The notes below the pieces were generated by a model. The model was not told the origin of the DNA. It saw only the letters and a list, made by a program, of their open reading frames with translations, and did no database searches. A stretch of 64,000 bases of DNA from a virus, in IMG/VR virus record IMGVR_UViG_3300035152_000011, one strand, 5' to 3'. Shown here in pieces: positions 60,028 to 64,000 of this stretch. Both the position numbers and the translations under genes were made by a program. Numbering within the stretch: position 1 is the first letter of the stretch; every line of letters starts with the position of its first letter.

Positions 60028-60643
60028 CAGCGACTTCCTCTCCCTCGGGCTCGTCCTCTTCGACCTGATCACGCAGCATCTTGAGCGGCGCATGCGGGTC
60101 GTCGGTCGCAGCTGCGGCCACGAGCGCGTCCTGAAGATCAACGTCGTTGAGCGCCCGGTCCATGAGCGACCGCTTCCACGGGCCTGGCATTACCTCCTGC
60201 GCGAAGGTGTGAAGCGCCTGACTGCCGTGCCAGATGATTGCCATCTCCTTCGCGACCAGCGCCGTCTGTTCCCGGTCGGCTTCACAGGCGGCGATGTGCT
60301 GCGACATGATGCCGGGCAGCGCACGCCACACCGCCACGAGGTCGCTTGAGGTTTTGCAATCGCAGATGTCACCGGTCAAGCCGTCGATGTATGGGCCTTC
60401 GTGCGTTCCTGGGGTGACGAAGATACGCCGTGACTCCTTGTTGTAGTTCGACGACTTCTGACTGCACGCATCGTGGCCGCGCAGTCCGGTCTTGGACTGC
60501 TTTACGATCTCGCGCAGCACCATCGTCAGCTCGGCTTTTGCCTCGATGAAGGTGTCCTCGACCCTCTTCTCTTCGGAGGCCGCGGCCCGGCTCGCGTCCA
60601 GCGCAGCATCGCAGAGAACCAACACGTCGAGATCGCGTCGCAT
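60020..60643 (-). CDS. Hypothetical protein; paralog family member 2 of 3.
   Basis: LVAVWRALPGIMSQHIAACEA and DLQDALVAAAATDDPHAPLKMLRDQVE. Confidence 0.45.
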   Translation of the reverse strand: MRRDLDVLVLCDAALDASRAAASEEKRVEDTFIEAKAELTMVLREIVKQSKTGLRGHDACSQKSSNYNKESRRIFVTPGTHEGPYIDGLTGDICDCKTSSDLVAVWRALPGIMSQHIAACEADREQTALVAKEMAIIWHGSQALHTFAQEVMPGPWKRSLMDRALNDVDLQDALVAAAATDDPHAPLKMLRDQVEEDEPEGEEVADV

Positions 60644-60644
60644 C

Positions 60645-61685
60645 CTAGAACCCCAGTAGCCGCCGTGCCTTGTCGAAGACCTGCGACATCGACACGACCC
60701 GCATCGGGTCGCCTTTGATCTTCAACTGGCCGCCGAAATAGGCCTGCATGAGGCTTTGCGGATCATTGTCGCGGATCACACGATGCAGCAAGTCGAAGTC
60801 GAGGACCACCGTGCACTGCGCGTTGCTCGACGCTCCTGGCGTCACGGACCGCGAGACGAAGCTGATCGTCCAGTCCAACTGGTGTGACCCTGTCGTCGAG
60901 TAGCAGACGATGTCGTCAGGCAGCTCCGTGGTCCAGTTCATAAGCACGCCCTGGAGCTTGCTCTCGAAGAAGTCCATGACGAACGCGACGGCATCTTCGG
61001 GTGGCGGCTCACGCCGGTCGCCAGCCTGATCACGGACGAGCTTTGCGACTGCACCTGGCTCACCCGTCGCCTCGGCTGCTACGAGTGCATCCTGCATAGC
61101 AGCGTTGCCAAAGACCTGCTCGACCAGCTCACGCTTGCGCGCCATCGAGACGTTTGAGTCCAGCAGTGACTCGATGACCTCGACGTTCCGGTGTACGGAC
61201 ATCGCCGCGTCTCGTTGCGCGGTGACGCTGTCCGTTAACGCCGTGCAGGCCTTGACGTGCCGGTCGAGGATCTCCGGCAGCGCATTCCACACGGCTTGTA
61301 GGTCGCCCGGATGGTAGCAGTTCTTCAGCTCGCCCGTATTGACGATGACGTGCGTAGACTCTTTGCCCGTGCCGCCAATGGGAATAGTTCGGACACCGTT
61401 GGTCGTGTGCTCCTTCTGACCGCGGAAGCCACCGCACTGTCCCGCGCACTTGCGTAGGAGCTTTTCGAGTGCCGTCTTGGCCTTCCGTACGGCCTCACCG
61501 CGCTCGTTTTCGAGCTGAGTGACCCGACGTCCGACTAACAGCGCGCGCTCGATCTTGTCAGGGTCGAGTGGGCTGAGATCAGGCACACTGTAGTCATCCC
61601 GACGATCCGCAGGCTTCGCTAGCGGCTTCCGGGTCTCCTTGGTGTGATCACGCGCAATGGCCTGCGCCTTGTGCTTATCGGCCAT
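60645..61685 (-). CDS. Hypothetical protein; paralog family member 3 of 3.
   Basis: DLQAVWNALPEILDRHVKACTA and AMQDALVAAEATGEPGAVAKLVRDQAGD. Confidence 0.45.
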   Translation of the reverse strand: MADKHKAQAIARDHTKETRKPLAKPADRRDDYSVPDLSPLDPDKIERALLVGRRVTQLENERGEAVRKAKTALEKLLRKCAGQCGGFRGQKEHTTNGVRTIPIGGTGKESTHVIVNTGELKNCYHPGDLQAVWNALPEILDRHVKACTALTDSVTAQRDAAMSVHRNVEVIESLLDSNVSMARKRELVEQVFGNAAMQDALVAAEATGEPGAVAKLVRDQAGDRREPPPEDAVAFVMDFFESKLQGVLMNWTTELPDDIVCYSTTGSHQLDWTISFVSRSVTPGASSNAQCTVVLDFDLLHRVIRDNDPQSLMQAYFGGQLKIKGDPMRVVSMSQVFDKARRLLGF

Positions 61686-61755
61686 GTTCCGAACCTATCT
61701 CCTGGGACTGACAGCGCCCTGAGCCGTCTGCTAGCCGGCCGAGCGCAGTGGTTTC

Positions 61756-62322
61756 CTAACTCCCCAATACGCGACGCACTTCCCGCTCGCCGAATTCAGC
61801 GCGCAGCTTGCCGATCTGTTGCTCCATGTCGCTCAGCTCTTTGGCTGTGGTCTTGACCGCGACGCGCTCCTCTGTCAAGTCCGCTTGGAGCTGCTCGACC
61901 GACGCATGAAAGGCTGTGCACTGCTCGCTCAGCTCAGCGAGCTGCTTCTCTTGCTCGGACAGCTTCTTCTCGGCATCGGCGCGGGCAGTGTTCGCTTCCC
62001 TGAGATCGGCTTGTAGGCGTTCCAGTTTCGTGTGTAGCTCGTTGGCTGCGTCATCGGCCGGCTGTCCGACGAGATACCTCGTCACCTGGCGTTCGCCTAT
62101 GACTGGCTTGTCCACCATGTAGTGGCATTGATTGCCCCAGTACGTGCCGTGCTCGCAGGAGCGGTCTTGTGTCGGTCCGGGACAGGGCATTTCCTGCTTC
62201 TCGGCCGTGACCGACTTCTCTTGGATGATGCAGATCAGTTCCCAGCCCTCTTTCGTGAGCCACTCAAGGTTGGCTGCATCGACCGCACGGACGTTCTTCA
62301 GGTCAGTGTTGACTGGGATCAT
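61756..62322 (-). CDS. Hypothetical protein with a C-terminal coiled coil.
   Basis: Start at MIPVNTDLKN. Confidence 0.4.
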   Translation of the reverse strand: MIPVNTDLKNVRAVDAANLEWLTKEGWELICIIQEKSVTAEKQEMPCPGPTQDRSCEHGTYWGNQCHYMVDKPVIGERQVTRYLVGQPADDAANELHTKLERLQADLREANTARADAEKKLSEQEKQLAELSEQCTAFHASVEQLQADLTEERVAVKTTAKELSDMEQQIGKLRAEFGEREVRRVLGS

Positions 62323-62659
62323 GGTCTCCCCCACGTTCGAGCTGGTCGCGCAGCCGGTCGATCTCATCACGTAGTCGCTCCATTAGCTCGGCGGGAACGC
62401 CGGGCGGTGCCTTTCGTTCCATCTTCTTCAGCTTTCGCAGATGCCGCCGCGTTCGTCGGCGCTGCGCTGCTGCTGCGAGCTTGACCTCGATCCAGCACCG
62501 GACGGTCCACCAAGGCATCGTGAGCACCGCATGCCAGCTCGTCGGCACCAGGCCGCCGCCCTGGCGCCGGCCGACGCCGATCCAGTACGACCAGCAGCCG
62601 AGGATGAGCAAGGCCCAGCAGATCGCAGCTGCGATCAGAATGACTGCGAATTTGGCCAC
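62303..62659 (-). CDS. Membrane protein.
   Basis: N-terminal TM AVILIAAAICWALLILGCW; the 5' codons contain an operator-like palindrome. Confidence 0.4.
   Translation of the reverse strand: MAKFAVILIAAAICWALLILGCWSYWIGVGRRQGGGLVPTSWHAVLTMPWWTVRCWIEVKLAAAAQRRRTRRHLRKLKKMERKAPPGVPAELMERLRDEIDRLRDQLERGGDHDPSQH
62620..62637. promoter_or_regulatory. Operator-like palindrome GATCGCAGCTGCGATCA lying within the first codons of the 62659 gene.
   Basis: Same ATTCTGATCGCAGCTGCGATC context as the helicase-proximal site; may act as an operator or be coincidental. Confidence 0.3.
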
Positions 62660-62668
62660 TCCTCACCT

Positions 62669-63433
62669 TCACCAGTTCGGCCTCTGTGACGGTTTTCGAT
62701 GCCGCTGCCGGATACTGCGTAGCGCCGCGTTGTGCACGTCCTGGACGAAACCTAGCGCGCGCTCGTCGCCAGCCTCCAGCAGCTCCAGTAGCTTCCTAGC
62801 CGTGACGCTGGAAGACCCACGGACGCTCCTGCCGGGCAACGAGAAACGCTCCTCTGGGTCGCCCCGTTCCAGGTGACGCCGCAGCGCCGCGGTAACCTGA
62901 GCGCACCCGTGGCCCTCGACGACAGGCGCTTCTTCTTCGCTGTAGTGCTGAGCGGCATGTACATAGAACGCGCCCCGCTCGTAGTGGCCGTCCAGCACGA
63001 TCTTGCCGCGCCTACCATTGAGTGCCAGCTCGATAGCGTCGGTGTTGCCGTCACCGTTCTCGAAGTCAGCTGGGAACGTGAGCAGAAGCGCGCGGTCACC
63101 GTCTTCGTTGAGGCGCGTTAGATCACGGAACGTGAGCCCTTTTGGCAGCACGACCAGGCCGTAGGGCAACTTCCTCGTTGGCTCTTTTTTGCCCAGCGTG
63201 ACCCCCTCGGGCAAAATCCTTCTGACTTCATCGAGGGCTTGTTTCGTCGCGACGGTTTCCCAACGCTCATTGCCCATTGCGTCGTGGCCAGTGAGCCGCT
63301 CAGCTATCGCGCAGCTGTTCCCGACATCGACGATCCGAAACGCCTCGCCACGAAGCTCTCCGCTCCAGACGACGCTGCTTTTGTTGGTGACGGTTATGTC
63401 CACGTCGCGCATGATACACCCCGGCTGCGACAT
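62669..63433 (-). CDS. Hypothetical protein (start 63433 or 63412).
   Basis: 254 aa. Confidence 0.45.
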   Translation of the reverse strand: MSQPGCIMRDVDITVTNKSSVVWSGELRGEAFRIVDVGNSCAIAERLTGHDAMGNERWETVATKQALDEVRRILPEGVTLGKKEPTRKLPYGLVVLPKGLTFRDLTRLNEDGDRALLLTFPADFENGDGNTDAIELALNGRRGKIVLDGHYERGAFYVHAAQHYSEEEAPVVEGHGCAQVTAALRRHLERGDPEERFSLPGRSVRGSSSVTARKLLELLEAGDERALGFVQDVHNAALRSIRQRHRKPSQRPNW

Positions 63434-63439
63434 CTGCTG

Positions 63440-64000
63440 TCAACGGTCCCCGTCGATGAGTGGGCGAACGCCCTCGACCGTTTCCTGAATTTTTCGCAGC
63501 GCAACGACCAGTTCGTCCTGGTTCACGATCTCCGCGCTGAGACTGCCGTAGTGCTCTTCGAGGCACTGGAGCAACAGCGCCTTGATCTTGGCCTCGTCGG
63601 GGCTATGCGGAAGCAACGAGTCCGTATAGAGCTGCTCTAGTTGACGTTCTTTGTCAGAGGCCCAGGCCCGAACTTCAGCCTCCGACATCTCGCCGCGTCG
63701 AACTGCCTTGAGCTGCTCGCGGTTGCGCTGCAAGTCAATGTCACCCTCGACGAGGATCTGCTCGGCCTCGTCGAGCAGCCGCACGACATGGTAGAGGAAC
63801 TTCACGTCGGTGCCGAATTGCTCACGCAGCTTGGCGCGCTTCGAGCCTGGTTTCGGGTTCTTGGTCGAGACCTTGTGGAGCTGCGAGTAGGCGTAGCCCT
63901 TGAAGCGGTGGAAACTGCCTTTGTGCAGGAAGATCCGCCGATGCTCACGGACCAGGTTGCCAACGTGCGTGCAGTGGAGCACGCAACGCTGCGGCGTGAA
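63440..64000 (-). CDS. Hypothetical protein, C-terminal part; the N-terminus lies beyond the window end.
   Basis: Open frame continues to the window edge; helical region with EAEVRAWASDKERQLEQLY. Confidence 0.4.
   Translation of the reverse strand, partial: FTPQRCVLHCTHVGNLVREHRRIFLHKGSFHRFKGYAYSQLHKVSTKNPKPGSKRAKLREQFGTDVKFLYHVVRLLDEAEQILVEGDIDLQRNREQLKAVRRGEMSEAEVRAWASDKERQLEQLYTDSLLPHSPDEAKIKALLLQCLEEHYGSLSAEIVNQDELVVALRKIQETVEGVRPLIDGDR

Noticed and set aside
62620-62637. Treating the in-gene palindrome GATCGCAGCTGCGATCA as a definite operator.
   Set aside because: It lies within the first codons (ILIAAAI) of a membrane-protein gene, so it may be coincidental with coding constraints. 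It is kept only as a low-confidence feature.
1-64000. tRNA or tmRNA genes.
   Set aside because: No cloverleaf-compatible segments or conserved T-loop sequences (GGTTCGA[AT]TCC-like) were found by eye. This cannot be fully excluded without tRNAscan-SE.

Overview
This is a high-GC (~65-70%) window dominated by short, tightly packed minus-strand genes with overlapping stop/start codons, many of them small Cys-rich zinc-ribbon proteins. It reads as the early/DNA-metabolism region of a temperate actinobacteriophage or prophage: a tyrosine integrase, SF1 helicase, ThyX, class II RNR (cut at the left edge), methyltransferase and PAPS-reductase-like proteins are present, and there are no capsid/tail genes and no tRNAs. 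The window holds three unusual things. (1) A minimal phage-borne type V CRISPR-Cas locus: a 531-aa Cas12/TnpB-like RuvC-type protein (17025..18620, minus) whose stop codon lies inside the first repeat of an 18-repeat, 36-bp-repeat array (15816..17052). There is no cas1/cas2/cas4, the trailer repeats are decayed, and one spacer is duplicated and extended. (2) A phage-encoded, eukaryote-like DNA-end repair toolkit, spread over several loci: Ku with a Lys-rich tail, a minimal ATP-dependent DNA ligase, a 159-aa ASFV-PolX-like polymerase, a LigD-type 3'-phosphoesterase, a PNK-like P-loop kinase, a metallophosphoesterase, a WGR-domain PARP with an intact H-Y-E triad, an FHA-domain protein and a SprT-like HExxH protease. 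(3) A repeated regulatory grammar: a palindromic operator TGATCGC-N4-GCGATCA at 11 intergenic sites plus one in-gene match, and a GC hairpin GGCCCCGAGGGGC immediately 5' of the ribosome-binding site of 11 genes, plus one degenerate copy. Other items: two paralogous Cys-rich peptides with RiPP-precursor-like leaders, a TGT/DpdA-like protein next to PAPS-reductase-like genes (possible DNA modification), a GHKL-ATPase/HExxH protein, several tandem paralog families, and an AT-rich iteron island that may be an origin.
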